Source: Eledone cirrhosa (taxonomy: Eukaryota). Taken from it: a stretch of DNA of 64,000 nt. Both the position numbers and the translations under genes were made by a program. The DNA lies in NCBI GenBank assembly GCA_964016885.1, contig OZ024745.1, forward strand, positions 47,492,001 through 47,556,000, read 5' to 3'. The notes beneath the pieces are model-generated. The model worked only from the letters and a program-made list of their open reading frames with translations. It had not been told where the DNA came from and did no database searches. This document shows, in pieces, positions 22,864-35,509 of this stretch. The first letter of the stretch is position 1. Each line of letters opens with the position of its first letter.

Positions 22864-23240
22864 AAATGAGGCAAGCATGCTCCGTTGGATGTGCCGTGTA
22901 AATGTGCGTGAACAACCCAGCATAAATGTGTTGAGAGAGAAACTGTGTTTGAGAGGGATAGAATGTAGTGTACGGGAGAGGAGACTGAGGTGGTATGGAC
23001 ATGTGATGCGCATGGAGGATGACCGATGGGTCAGGAAATGCCAGTTGAGGGAAGACGTGGTAGAGGTAGACCACGAAAAACATGCCCGGAGGTGGTGAGA
23101 ACAGACCTCAGATCATTGAAGCTCACGGTGGAGAGGACGAGGGACCGTGACGAGTGGAGAGATGCTGTGCTGAATAAGACCCGTCCCACCCTTGCAAGCA
23201 GGGAAAAGCGGACGTAAAATGATGATGATGATGATGATGA
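22864..23240 (+). mobile_element. 3' fragment of a different RTE LINE subfamily, with short 3' UTR and (GAT)n tail
   Basis: Translates as [10 protein letters not shown]...[14 protein letters not shown]...GRGRPRKT...KTRPT, followed by CGGACGTAAAAT(GAT)n. Confidence 0.88.
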
Positions 23241-23385
23241 TATATACATATATATATATACGTTTATATATATATACATATATATATTCATATATACATA
23301 TATATATATATATATATACATATATATATACATATATATATATGTTTATATATATATATATATATACACATATATATATATATAT

Positions 23386-23511
<126 letters not shown>

Positions 23512-23572
23512 GTTTATATATATATATACATATATATATACGTTTATATATATATACATATATATATATGTT

Positions 23573-23611
<39 letters not shown>

Positions 23612-23638
23612 GTTTATATATATACATACATACATATG

Positions 23639-23682
<44 letters not shown>

Positions 23683-23687
<5 letters not shown>

Positions 23688-25675
23688 ATAATAATAAATT
23701 TGAAGACTAAAATCCAAAGAGGGCTCGATAAGGATAAATATATATCAAATATATAAGAACCATAGAGCAAATATTTATTAAAATAACATTAAAGTTTAAG
23801 CAAAGAATCGCTGCTTTCACCCTTAACGGGATCTTCTGAAACTAACAAAGTCAATCTGTAAACGCAGAACTGGATATTTCAAAAAACGTTGCAACCGGAG
23901 GAAGACAGGAAGACGATACTTTGGTTCATGGAAAAGTTCGCTGGTGAAGAACGGGATAAAAAGAAAAATACGTCATTAATAGGAGCGGTGAAAAACATTT
24001 ACGCGCAAAGACAGAACCACGTTTATGGTATAAAAGAGGTCGTAGACTAATGTTCTCTTAGGTGGTGCATAGAGACGTTCTCTGGCAATGAACGAAAAAA
24101 CGAAGATAATACGTCATATGTGGAGCGTAGAGAACAATAGCACGCAAAGACAAAACCACGTAAATGGTATAGCAGAAGTCGTAGACTAAAATTCTAACTA
24201 GGAGACCAAATGAATCTCCGCTACAGAGTTAAGAACAAAGTAAATAAATACAATACAGAAGTAATAAATAAATACATACACGCAAACAAAAACGTACATA
24301 CACAAGCATACGCAAAACCTTACCATAGGTATACAAATCCACGCAAATATAAATATGTGTGTGTGTGTATACGTGTATACAAATAAATAAATAATTATAT
24401 AAACGTATATAAATAAAAAAAATACGTATATAACAAGTGCACACACATACCTACATATAAATACACGAATGTTCGGAGACGTAAGTCAACTAAAACAAGA
24501 AGTACACATATACACACACCCACCATACGTACGAACCTGCATACTCACGCAGACGCAAAACTCCCGTATACACATAGCCAAACCCTAAATACCAGAATAT
24601 ATAAAAATTATTCGCCATAACAATCAAATATACGTACGAGAAGGTATACGTACCTTCACAAAACATACGGGTAGTATATACTTACCTATGCAAATAAGTA
24701 AAGGAATAAACAAAACATATACTTAGCTCCCACATCAAGACGTAAAATATCCACGTATAGATCGTACTATCCGTTAGGGTATAACGTGGGGCTGTAATAC
24801 AGGAAAGTTTTGTGCAATTTATGTTTACAAGCCGAAATTGCCTCAGATTTTTTGTTTAAGATGTGGTCTGCGGCGTAGAGTATTTCCATGGCCTCAGCGG
24901 CGCAGAGGTCACATGGTCTTTTTTTTCCGTTATACGATCTAGCCCTAGCTAGGATCTCCCAGTGTAACTTATATTGGGTGTGGTTGTCTTTTAGACTCCA
25001 GATATAAGCTGAAAGTGACGTCATATTCCTTCTTAGAGGGTAACGAAAAGAATGGGTATGCATGTAAAGACGCTGCTTGAAACTATTGGCGGTTAACCCT
25101 ATGTAGGCCCTACGGGACGTGGGTGTTACAACCTTACATTTGTAGACAATGTTACTAGAGAGGCATTTCCCGGATAGGGGGCAATCAGCCCGATTCCTAC
25201 AATTACAGTTAGTACTAACTACAGGGTTGCACGTGTTCCTACGGCTAGGTAGATTAGCTACATTTGAAACTGTGATGTTATGTGCAAGGTTAGGAGTCGT
25301 AGAGTAAGAAATTTTAATAGTATTTCTATTAAAAATTTTACTATGTTTATGTGTAGGGGGAAAATGCTTCGTAATAAGGGAAAGAAAGATCTTAGCTAAT
25401 GGTGTGGCCACCTCCATATTATATGGTGGGTTATACCAACAAATGCGACGGGAACTATTTCTTCTAGGTCTATTTTCGTACTCTGTATATGCTACCTTAT
25501 CGACAAATCCACTTCGACCAAGAGCTTCATTGTAATAAGTGGAATGGTCGTTGAAAATACGCTCGTTTTTTGAAATATCCAGTTCTGCGCTTACAGATTG
25601 ACTTTGTTAGTTTCAGAAGATCCCGTTAAGGGTGAAAGCAGCGATTCTTTGCTTAAACTTTAATCTGTTATTTTA

Positions 25676-25682
<7 letters not shown>
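23683..25682 (-). mobile_element. 5'-truncated Penelope-like element with an inverted terminal segment at its 5' junction
   Basis: Contains a GIY-YIG ORF and a long 3' region. 25565-25682 is the reverse complement of about 23772-23888. Both ends sit in (TA)n. Confidence 0.88.
24767..25567 (-). pseudogene. Penelope-like RT thumb end, CxCx5C linker and GIY-YIG endonuclease (5'-truncated)
   Basis: NERIFNDHSTYYNEALGRSG...ICWYNPPY...KIFNRNTIKISYS...CNCRNRADCPLSGKCL..IVYKC...YIGLT..FKQRLYMH...CDLC..E...LNKKSE...CKHK. Confidence 0.88.
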
Positions 25683-25725
<43 letters not shown>

Positions 25726-25871
25726 GTTCCTATTACTAACTCTACTACACTAAGTATTGAGTACTTTGATGCGTTATGGTCCATCTGGTTCCTTACCACA
25801 TTTCCTTTGTTATATATATACATATATATATATACATTTATATATATATACATACATATATATATATACAC

Positions 25872-25902
<31 letters not shown>

Positions 25903-25907
<5 letters not shown>

Positions 25908-26890
25908 ATAATAATAAAATTGAAGACTAAAATCCAAAGAGGGCTCGATAAGGAAAATATATATCAAATATATAAGAACCGTAGAGGAAATATTTATTAA
26001 AATAACAGATTAAAGTTTAAGCAAAGAATCGCTGCTTTCACCCTTAACGGGATCTTCTGAAACTAACAAAATCAATCTGTAAACGCAGAACTGGATATTT
26101 CAAAAAACGTTGCAACCGGAGGAAGACAGGAAGACGATACTTTGGTTCGTGGTAACGTTCGCTGGCAAAGAACGGGAAAAAACGAATAATACGTAATTAG
26201 TAGGTATGCGTGTGCGCTTGTTATATACGTCTTTATTTACTTATATACGTTTATATAATTATTTATTTATTTGTACACAAGCATACACACACACACATAT
26301 TTATATGTGCGTGGTTTTGTATACCCATGGTAAGGTTTTGCGTATGCTTGTGTATGTACGTATCTGTTTGCGTGTATGTATTTATTTTTTTCTATTACTT
26401 CTGTATTATATTTATTTACTTTGTTCTTGACTCTGTAGCGGAGATTCATTTGGTCTCCTAGTTAGAATTTTAGTCTACGATTTCTGCTATACCATTTACG
26501 TGGTTTTGTCTTTGCGTGCTATTGTTCTCCACGCTCCACATATGACTTATTATCTTCGTTTTTTCGTTCATTGCCAGAGAACGTCTCTATGCACCACCTA
26601 AGAGAATATTAGTCTACGACCTCTTTTATACCATAAACGTGGTTGTGTCTTTGCGCGTAATTGTTTTTCACCGCTCCTATTAATGACGTATTATTCGTTT
26701 TTTTCCCGTTCTTTGCCAGCGAACGTTACCATGAACCAAAGTATCGTCTTCCTGTCTTCCTCCGGTTGCAACGTTTTTTGAAATATCCAGTTCTGCGTTT
26801 ACAGATTGACTTTGTTAGTTTCAGAAGATCCCGTTAAGGGTGAAAGCAGCGATTCTTTGCTTAAACTTTAATCTGTTATTTTAATAAATA
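25903..26890. mobile_element. Non-coding rearranged copy of the same Penelope-like 3' region, forming an inverted repeat
   Basis: 25903-26200 repeats 23683-23980 directly. 26205-26890 is the reverse complement of about 23772-24450. Confidence 0.85.
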
Positions 26891-26931
26891 TATATATATA
26901 TATATATATACGTTTATATATACATACATAC

Positions 26932-26967
<36 letters not shown>

Positions 26968-26970
26968 GTT

Positions 26971-27028
<58 letters not shown>

Positions 27029-27141
27029 CATACATACATATGTATATATATACATATATATATATATACACGTTTATATATATATATACATATATATATA
27101 TACGTTTATATATATATACATACATATGTATATATGTATAC

Positions 27142-27189
<48 letters not shown>

Positions 27190-27462
27190 GTTTATATATA
27201 TATATGATGGCTGCCCCCTCGTTATCGAGTATGGCCATTGCACGAGAATAAAAAATATGCATATATATATATACACACACACGCGCACACATAAACATAT
27301 CTATACACACACACGATAGCAACTAACAGCGCTGCCATCGAATGTGGCTTTTTAGCCCAGCCAATATGTATATAATATATATATACATATACATATATAT
27401 ATATAAACATACATACATATGTATATATACATATATATATATATACATACATATGTATATAT

Positions 27463-27517
<55 letters not shown>

Positions 27518-27649
27518 CATACATATGTATATATATGTATATATACATATATGATGAAATACCAATGATGGTTGGCAAATCACTGATGAGGGACTAATTT
27601 TATAATATGTAATCCATGTGCAACCATGCAGTATTCTTCTCCCCTTGTT

Positions 27650-27721
<72 letters not shown>

Positions 27722-27722
27722 T

Positions 27723-27814
<92 letters not shown>

Positions 27815-27911
27815 CATACATATGTATATATACATACATACATACATATGTATATATACATACATACATACATATGTATATATATACATACATACGTATG
27901 TATATATACAT

Positions 27912-28260
27912 ATCATCATTCATTTCATCATTTCATTTTACGTCTGCTTTTTCCCTGCTTGCAAGGGTGGGACGGGAACTGATGCTGGCTTGATTTCTAC
28001 AGCTGGATGCCCTTCCTAACACCAACCTCATTTACAGTGAGTGCTGAGTGCTTTTTTGCCGTGGCACCTCCACGACCACTTTGCAGTGGAATGATATGGA
28101 CCCCAGTCCCTATCATCTCATTTCTACAGCTGAGTAAACTGGAGCAATGTTAAATAAAGTGTCTTGCTCAAGGAAACAACACATCACCCGGTCTGAGAAT
28201 TGAACTCACAACCTTTCGATTGCAAGGCCAATGCTCTAACCATTAAGCCATGTGCCTCCA
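27912..28260 (-). mobile_element. tRNA-derived SINE head and CORE-like body adjoining an RTE-type 3' tail
   Basis: The minus strand reads TGGCTTAATGGTTAGAGC...GAGTTCAATTC...CCTTGAGCAAGACACTTTA. 27912-28080 matches RTE 3' UTR segments seen at 7610-7750 and 23190-23240. Confidence 0.7.
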
Positions 28261-28347
28261 TATAAATATATATATATATATACACACATACATACATACA
28301 TATGTATACATATACACATACATATATATATATGCACATGTAATAGG

Positions 28348-28474
28348 AAAAAAGTCAGGACTCCAACGGCTGAGCTCATGGTTTTTAGACAGCTATATCT
28401 GAACTAACCCCGCAGTATTCAGATCTAGCTGTTTAAATGGCCGGAGTTCAGCCATTGGGGTCCTGATACTTTTT
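28348..28474. repeat. Imperfect fold-back of about 125 bp (MITE-like or structured RNA)
   Basis: TCAGGACTCCAACGGCTGAGCTC pairs with GAGTTCAGCCATTGGGGTCCTGA. TTTAGACAGCTATATCTGAA pairs with TTCAGATCTAGCTGTTTAAA. Confidence 0.75.
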
Positions 28475-28548
28475 ATATATACATGTATATGTATATATAT
28501 ATATTAGTTTTGCGAGGTTTTTTATATGAAATAGTTTGTCGAAACAAA

Positions 28549-28884
28549 TATTGTTATACTTGGGGAGGGTTATATTTGTGTAATAATATTGCCAGAATTA
28601 ATAACAGAACACACTCACTGTTTGGTTGGTTTTCGCTTCTCGCTTCTGTGTCTTTTATATCGGTTAATTTAATTTATTGATAGACTATATATATGTGTTT
28701 GTGTCTATATTGTATCTGTATTTATGACCGTTGGTCAGTCAATGGCAACATTGAGGACCGAATAAATTAAATTAACCGATATAAAAGACACAGAAGCAAA
28801 AACCAACCAAACAGTGAGTGTGTTCTGTTATTAATTCTGGCAATACTATTACACAAATATCACCCTCCTCAAGTATAACAATAT
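28549..28884. repeat. Inverted-repeat element (arms about 28549-28677 and 28761-28884)
   Basis: The arms are near reverse complements. The terminus ATTGTTATACTT(G/T)GGGAG is shared with the 19.8-kb family. Confidence 0.8.
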
Positions 28885-28978
28885 ATATATATATATGTGT
28901 GTGTGCTTTTGGCTGCACTAACTGACAGCATTCGTTAGCTTGCCCGCAACCAGAGCTTCGATTATGTTGTACTACCTT

Positions 28979-29044
<66 letters not shown>

Positions 29045-29457
29045 CACTTTCACATACATTAACATATTTCTTTCACTATTTTCTTTAACTATAAATTGTA
29101 TGGGTTTATGAACAATTAAAAAAAATAATGAACTAGATTATTTAGAACAGCCCAGGTTAATGATGATGGTAATTATGTATATATTTATTTTTTTACTTTC
29201 TCTTTTTATTCATATATTTATTTATTTTTTTACATTTTAAATTCGTAGTTATAGTAAAAAAACGTTTCTTCATAACCTCCCCTTTTGTTGTTTTCCATAA
29301 TACCTGTAAAAATTTGTAGTTTACCTTTATACATATATATATGTGTGTGTGTGTATGTATTCTTACTATGTATTTCCTAACCAATCTGCTTTAAAATTTT
29401 TAACCTTCCTTTCCTTATGTCTGGTTTTATCCAAGTTTCCTAAAATAAATAAATAGC

Positions 29458-29641
29458 TGTTTCTACCATCGGCACAAGGCCAGCAATCATCCAGCACATT
29501 ACTGGTACTTTATTTTATCGACCCCGTAAGGATGAAAGGCAAAGTCAACCTCGGTGGGATTTGAACTCAGATCGTAAAGGGACGTAACTATACGTCAAAG
29601 CATGGCGTCCGACCCTCTACCAATACTGCCAATCCACCGCC
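29458..29641 (-). mobile_element. Octopus-type tRNA SINE (OK/OR-like); related copies near 36520-36730, 37690-37890, 42020-42120, 49550-49690, 55560-55890, 56175-56360, 58435-58625 and 60350-60580
   Basis: Head GGCGGTGGATTGGCAG..GAGTTCAAATCCC, body GTTGACTTTGCCTTTCATCCTTACGGGGTCGATAAAATAAAGTACCAGT, end GCTGGCCTTGTGCC. The same blocks recur across the window. Confidence 0.8.
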
Positions 29642-30707
29642 CTTTTATTATAATAATAATGAAAATATTGTGTACAGTGCTCAGGTGCACTACAACTCAT
29701 CAAAAGTGTATGTATAGTACATAGGGTAATGTACAAACGTCAGGAAAATGAACAGTGCATGAGTCATGATATACACGTGTGCATGTGTATGGAAGGGGTA
29801 CATCAGGTGTAGTTTTGGTGAATTTCGGTTTGGTGGCGATATGGAAGTGCAACCAAAATACCAGTTTCTATAGTTCCTATGTTTGAGTTTTAATCCCATT
29901 CTAATATGTTGTTGCCTTTGAGAAAGAGGTTTTACTCTACTCTGTTTAATATTTTGTGTATAATTTAATAGCTATTATAGATTGAACCAAACAAAATGAT
30001 CCCTGTTGGGGTGGTTATGAGTGGAACACTTGTCTTCATTGGTTTGCCCAATTATGGCTTATCTAGAACTAAACAACAATAATTATTATAGAACTTGCTA
30101 TTTACTCAATATTTTATTCCTATTGTAAACCATGCTTTTTGTATGTATCAATTCTTATGTGGTTTTAAAAGTTTATTTTCGTATCCTTTCATACATTATT
30201 CTTTTTATAAATGAATTTAGAATTACTTTCTTTTTAAAATGTTGTTTTTACTTAATTACTCTAATATTTTAGAAGTTTATTTCATCATAACCGTTTTTGC
30301 ATTTTAATGAGTAACTGAAAGACTTTCTATAATTATTAGAATAAAGGCTTTGTGTAGTTTGTTTTAAACTAAAATTTAGAAATGAAAATCTCATATGCAT
30401 CACAAATTAAGCTTCAAGTGCAGAAAAGTACCTAATAAATTGCTAATTTCTTATAGCAAGCTAATGAAGGTGCCTCTAGATGGTCACCTAATCAATTAGA
30501 AATAGCAGCCAAATTTCTTGCAAATGACACCTTATTATCTTTTTAAAAAATGACACATTCAATAATGTAGTCCTAGATACACTATGTCTAAAAAAAATAT
30601 TATCACAGCTGCAATGCTTTTGTTCATAGATCTCTTGATCAGAGATGACCTGGGGCTAAGCAACAACAACACTCACTGATATCTGATGGTTTAATCCATT
30701 TTATTTG

Positions 30708-31103
30708 CTGTATATACTCAAGTATAAGTCAATCCAAATATAAGCCAATCCGTATTTTATGTCTGAGAAATGGGCAAAAATCCAAACCACTTGTATTACC
30801 TGAGGCAGCTAATCAACACATTATGTTTCAATGATGTCATTTTAATATTTTAACATTCAAAATGTTTGAAGTGTCGTTTAGAGTATAGTGTTTGTTTTAC
30901 AACTCAATTACGTAATGATTTTTTACCACTTTCTGACTGTTTTAAAACAAATTTCACCTCCAAAATATTTTAGTATGTGATTTACATAAAATTTTACGTT
31001 GGTGAAAATTGGGAAAATATTAGCCTCAAATATAACTAACCTATTTTACCATTGAATTTTTTTTTTGTCACTTATTTCTCAACTTATATACGAGTATATA
31101 TGG
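30708..31103. mobile_element. Tc1/mariner (pogo-type) MITE
   Basis: Imperfect TIRs CTGTATATACTCAAGTATAAGT and ACTTATATACGAGTATATATGG, followed by TA. A similar right end lies near 61915-61940. Confidence 0.55.
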
Positions 31104-31444
31104 TAGTTATCTATTTAACATAGTTTTCATATATATTATATTATATTCTTTTAGTGCTTGGTATGGCATTTATGAATGTGTATATACACATTCACAAGCA
31201 CACATGATTATATTTCTGTTAATATCTGCTGTGGTATTTTCACTATTCGATATATTATTTGTAAATAAATTGCTTTCCATTTTCATCATTCTTGTCAGCC
31301 TTGATAGAACCTATCTTCCTTAAATCTGGCATAATAAGGCTTGTTGTGGTTTAATGGTGCGAACATTTTGGTTTTTTCATTTGACTTTGTATCACATTAA
31401 TAAATGAATGAAGAATATGTATATAAATGAGTATATAAATGAGA

Positions 31445-31477
<33 letters not shown>

Positions 31478-32979
31478 TGTGTGCATATATATGTGCGTGT
31501 GCATGCATATATATTATATATAAGCATTTACAACAAATCTTATGGTATTTAGGTATAATTTCTTTATATGTTTCAAAATATTTTGCCCCATAAGATTTAT
31601 ATTTTCTTGGTTTGTTTTCATTTCATTTTTCCTGAAGAGGTTTTCAATGAAGATTTCATCAGAAACCCCCACCCCCCCAAAAAAAATGTTTATAATAAAA
31701 AGGTAAAATGCATTTGTGAAAGATATATCCTCATCATTTACTATGTGATGTTCAATTAATTAATTTATTGATTTAATTGATAAATTTACTTGTCCAATAA
31801 TATATATGATATTTTATCAGTAAACATAGCTCCAATTTGAGCCAAATTAATGTTTGATGCAGCTCCACTTGCATGTTATATACCTTCTTGTTGGTGATAT
31901 ATCCCTGCCCTTTCTTAGTGAAATACCTCATAATCCTGTTTGAAAACCCACGCATGTTGATTTGACCAGCAGCTTTCTCACAATCTCCTCCTAACACTTG
32001 GTTTACTCATATTATAACTATTGATATTAATGTTGCTGTTCTTGTTAATGTTGTTGCTGCTGTCGTAGCCATTGTTTTATCATATTATCACTATTGTTGT
32101 TGTTATTACCATTGTTATTATTATTATCACTATTATCATTACTATTATTATTGTTCTTATTATTTTTATTGTCAACATTTGCAATTTTAATATGCAAGAA
32201 TTATGAGAGCAAGGAAACTTCTCTCTTAACTATATATGTACATGTGCAAGTTTATTTACATATAAATAACAATTCACGTATATATGAGTATCTTTATATG
32301 CACCAGAAACCTTTCCTGGTATCACTGCACCAAGTGAATCATTGAAGAACTAAGCATATCTCATAATATGCTTATCTATATCTAATCATTATATGATGTC
32401 TATATATTCTTGATTCTGTTCTATCATCCTGTAACCTCTCTATTGTTAATGTTTATCCTGTTGACTGTCGCACATAACACACACCACCATTCAGCACCAT
32501 GGCTCTAGTGATCACAACTGGCTAATAATGCTATACATTTTAATTATATTTCCTTTTTTTTTTATTTCATGCTTTATCTTATTTTTGTATCTATTTTAAA
32601 ATTTTTTTGCAATATTATTCTCACTCATGTTTTTTACCTTTAAATTATAAATATATATGTAAAATAATCTATAGATATAGATACAAACACACAGTGAAAT
32701 ATGTATAATCATTGACTGATAGATATGTCTTCATACTTCTCTTCAAGAAGCTAGCTTATTTGGTTATTTTATATATTTCTCTGACACATAATTGATTCTA
32801 TTGTTCTCCTTATTATATGACTTTCTTGATAATTCTCCATTTTGTAGTAGTTTCCATTCATGTTGCAACAATGATATTGCATTGATTATATTTATGCATC
32901 TGATTGAATAGATATGCTGTTTATATCAGGTTTTGAAGTTGTTTTCTGTCAACCTTATATCTTACAATCTATATATTAG

Positions 32980-33012
32980 ATATTGAAGAGGAGAGCAATT
33001 CACATTCGACTG
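32980..33012 (+). CDS. unc-80: Probable 33-nt unc-80 exon (DIEEESNSHST, phase 1-1)
   Basis: Acceptor ...ATATTAG and donor TG|GTGAAT around an open acidic peptide. It joins in frame to 35381, at the position where vertebrate UNC80 (from recall) has an acidic run before RRLS. Confidence 0.55.
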
Positions 33013-33724
33013 GTGAATTTGACTTATTTTTTGTTTACATTTTTCATTTGGAGAAAATTGACCTAATAAGGTTTTTTATTACATATCAAATCCTATGACA
33101 TTAAAAGAGTCAAGAAACTAAATGTATGATTAAACAAAGTTAGTGAGAATATTTTTAATACAATTTTCTTTGGAGAATACCTTAAAAATTATATTTGTTT
33201 TGTTATTTTATTTCATAAAATATGAAATGACTTCCTGTAAGTTATATGCCAAATTTCTAGTTGGTGGTCAGATAACAAGGCAAATTCTTATCCTACTACA
33301 GGTAAAACATTAACCTAGAAGCATTTATATCTAAATTTTCATTCTATGCCTAATGATATTATTTAAAGATAAATACCACTTGCTCAATAATTTAATTAAT
33401 TTCTGTGAGTGCATGTATTGCACTTTTGTGCATACCTACATGTAAATTCACATTAATAATGTTGGTATGGTTAATAATTATCTAAAAACTATACTAACTG
33501 TAGTATATATTATCTCAGTAAATTTAGTATGTTTTGACATATTGTCAAAGTTTGGTAAGTATATGGTCATTTGGCTAGTGTTATCAATATCATTTATATC
33601 TTAGTTTTATCATCTCAATCATTTCATTCATTTATTCATTCCATTTTATTTTCCTCCTTTACTCCTTTTTTTCTTATTATTATTTGGAATTTGATATCTG
33701 TCATTGATGTTATTTCACCAGAAA

Positions 33725-34205
33725 ATTTGCCCAAATGAGCATCCAGCTGCTACTCACAGCCTCAGATATTCAGGGCGTATTGGAGTGTCCTTGCTGTTCT
33801 CAGCAGGCATGCTTTTTGAAGTGTTCCATAAGAGGTGGCTGTGTTGATGGTCTTTAACCGAACTTGGAAAACCTTCCAGATAATACCTAGTGCTCTTATG
33901 ATAATGGAGATGAGCTTGAGCTCATGACAGTCCCAAATACTTTTCAGTTTCCACTTTTCTTATACTCTTGTGTCAAATGAGCAAGCTACATCTATAATCA
34001 AGCAAGATCTTTTTTCCTTGTCAAAAACCACCAGTTCAGGACTATTGTGTTCGAATTCATCATCAGTTTTTAACCTGAAATCTGCCAACACCTTCACCCG
34101 ATTGTTTTCTATCACTGACTTTGGCTTATGCTTGTACCACTTCTGAGAGTGGGGTAAAACATTCAGTTTGCATAAATACCAGTGGATCACTTTTCCTATG
34201 ATATC
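33725..34205 (-). mobile_element. Decayed 3' fragment of a restriction-like-endonuclease LINE (R4/Dong-like)
   Basis: WYKHKPKSVIEN...DFRLKTD...NSPELVVFDK...CLIIDVACSFD, continuing to LQKACLLRTA; this is the PD-(D/E)xK-type RLE C-terminus. Confidence 0.75.
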
Positions 34206-35380
34206 ATGCCCCCATCATCATCATCATTCTCGTTTAACATCCACTTTCCACGCTTTCCATTTTCCATAACTATTATTATCATTATTATTATTATCCACTT
34301 TTTTCTTATTTCACAAAAATTTTCCAGTTTAGGAACATAATTTACAAATATTGAATTTATTTTTAAAGACTAAAATGTCTTTATCCCTTGCACTTTTTTA
34401 CTAATATATGCATTTTCTATAATTCCTTATTCATTCTGATTTCTTTCTTTCTTTTTTTTTTGCTTTCATTTTTTTTAAATTTTAATCATAATTTCAAAGG
34501 GGGCTTTGATTAGTCTTGTATTTAACACAATAAAATATTTGAAATGAAATTCTCCAAAATTATAATTAAAGTTTACTCGGCTATAACAATTATTTTATTT
34601 TAGTATAATTTACTGATGGTGTCTCAGGTAGTATTTAGTTCTGCTACTGCATGAGTCACTTAATTATCTTTTGAAACTTGGCCAAACCATGTTTTACTTC
34701 AGATATGTAATAAGTAGCAGTATTTTCAACACCAACTGATTGTTTCTATAATTTCATTTCATTTTGCTAAATATTTGTTGCATTTGAATAACAAAATCAC
34801 AATAAAAATAGGTATCAAAGACAAAAAACTTTATTGCAAACCAATCTTTTTCTCTTTTCAAGTTCTAAACATAACTCTAACCTACCATAAGAGAAGTTGG
34901 CACCACTAATACTTATAGTCAACAGATTGAATATACAAAAGACAATGAGGAATATTTTTAACTGTAACATGTAAAAATAATCAAAATCTTATTTAATAAT
35001 TTGTGTTGATAGGGTAATACAATCACTTATTATTTGAATGTTAACCATGCTTCTATCATCAGTGTTTCCATATTTTAATATTTTATTTAAGCAAATGCTA
35101 TCAAAGTCCTCTTGAACCATGATTTCTTTTATAATGTTACTTTTATTTCAGATTTTATTTTTCATTTGGATATATTTTTTCTTAACTAGACCTACAAACT
35201 TACTTATTTCAGGTGTATATATACCTGTTTCTTCAAGTGCTGCCTTAATATTTCTTTTCCTTCTTTCTTAGTTTTTGCAATGTAAATAAAGTTCATTTAC
35301 CCAGTTGTGGTCACTTCTTAGCCCTGTGCCATTTTGTAGAGCCTGTGTAACCTGCATGTTGCTTTGATTTTGACCCATAG

Positions 35381-35509
35381 CTGTACAGGAGGAAATAAAC
35401 ATGGCTGCACGGCGTGTTTCTCTGGCCCCCATCAATCGTGCTAATGTCCAAAGTCGTAGCATGTCATGGAGAAATGGTAGCATACACTGGGGAAGGCTAA
35501 CCCTTGAAG
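35381..35509 (+). CDS. unc-80: unc-80 exon (AVQEEINMAARRVSLAPINRANVQSRSMSWRNGSIHWGRLTLE)
   Basis: Acceptor CCCATAG, donor AG|GTACTA, 129 nt, phase 1-1, in frame with 57694. It resembles the recalled human segment EEVTNLASRRLSVSP...RNYSFRRGSVW. Confidence 0.85.

Noticed and set aside
23805-23846. Hammerhead-like CAGAAGA-TCCC..GGGT-GAAA on the minus strand of the Penelope terminus
   Set aside because: The core U is replaced by A, the closing pair of stem II is mismatched, and no NUH triplet or stem I is evident.
28180-28260. tRNA gene
   Set aside because: It has A/B boxes but no complete cloverleaf and continues into a SINE body.
31299-31328. Possible 30-nt phase 1-1 exon (ALIEPIFLKS) after a good pyrimidine tract
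   Set aside because: Only a weak GC donor (G|GCATAA) is available, so it is not supportable without reads.
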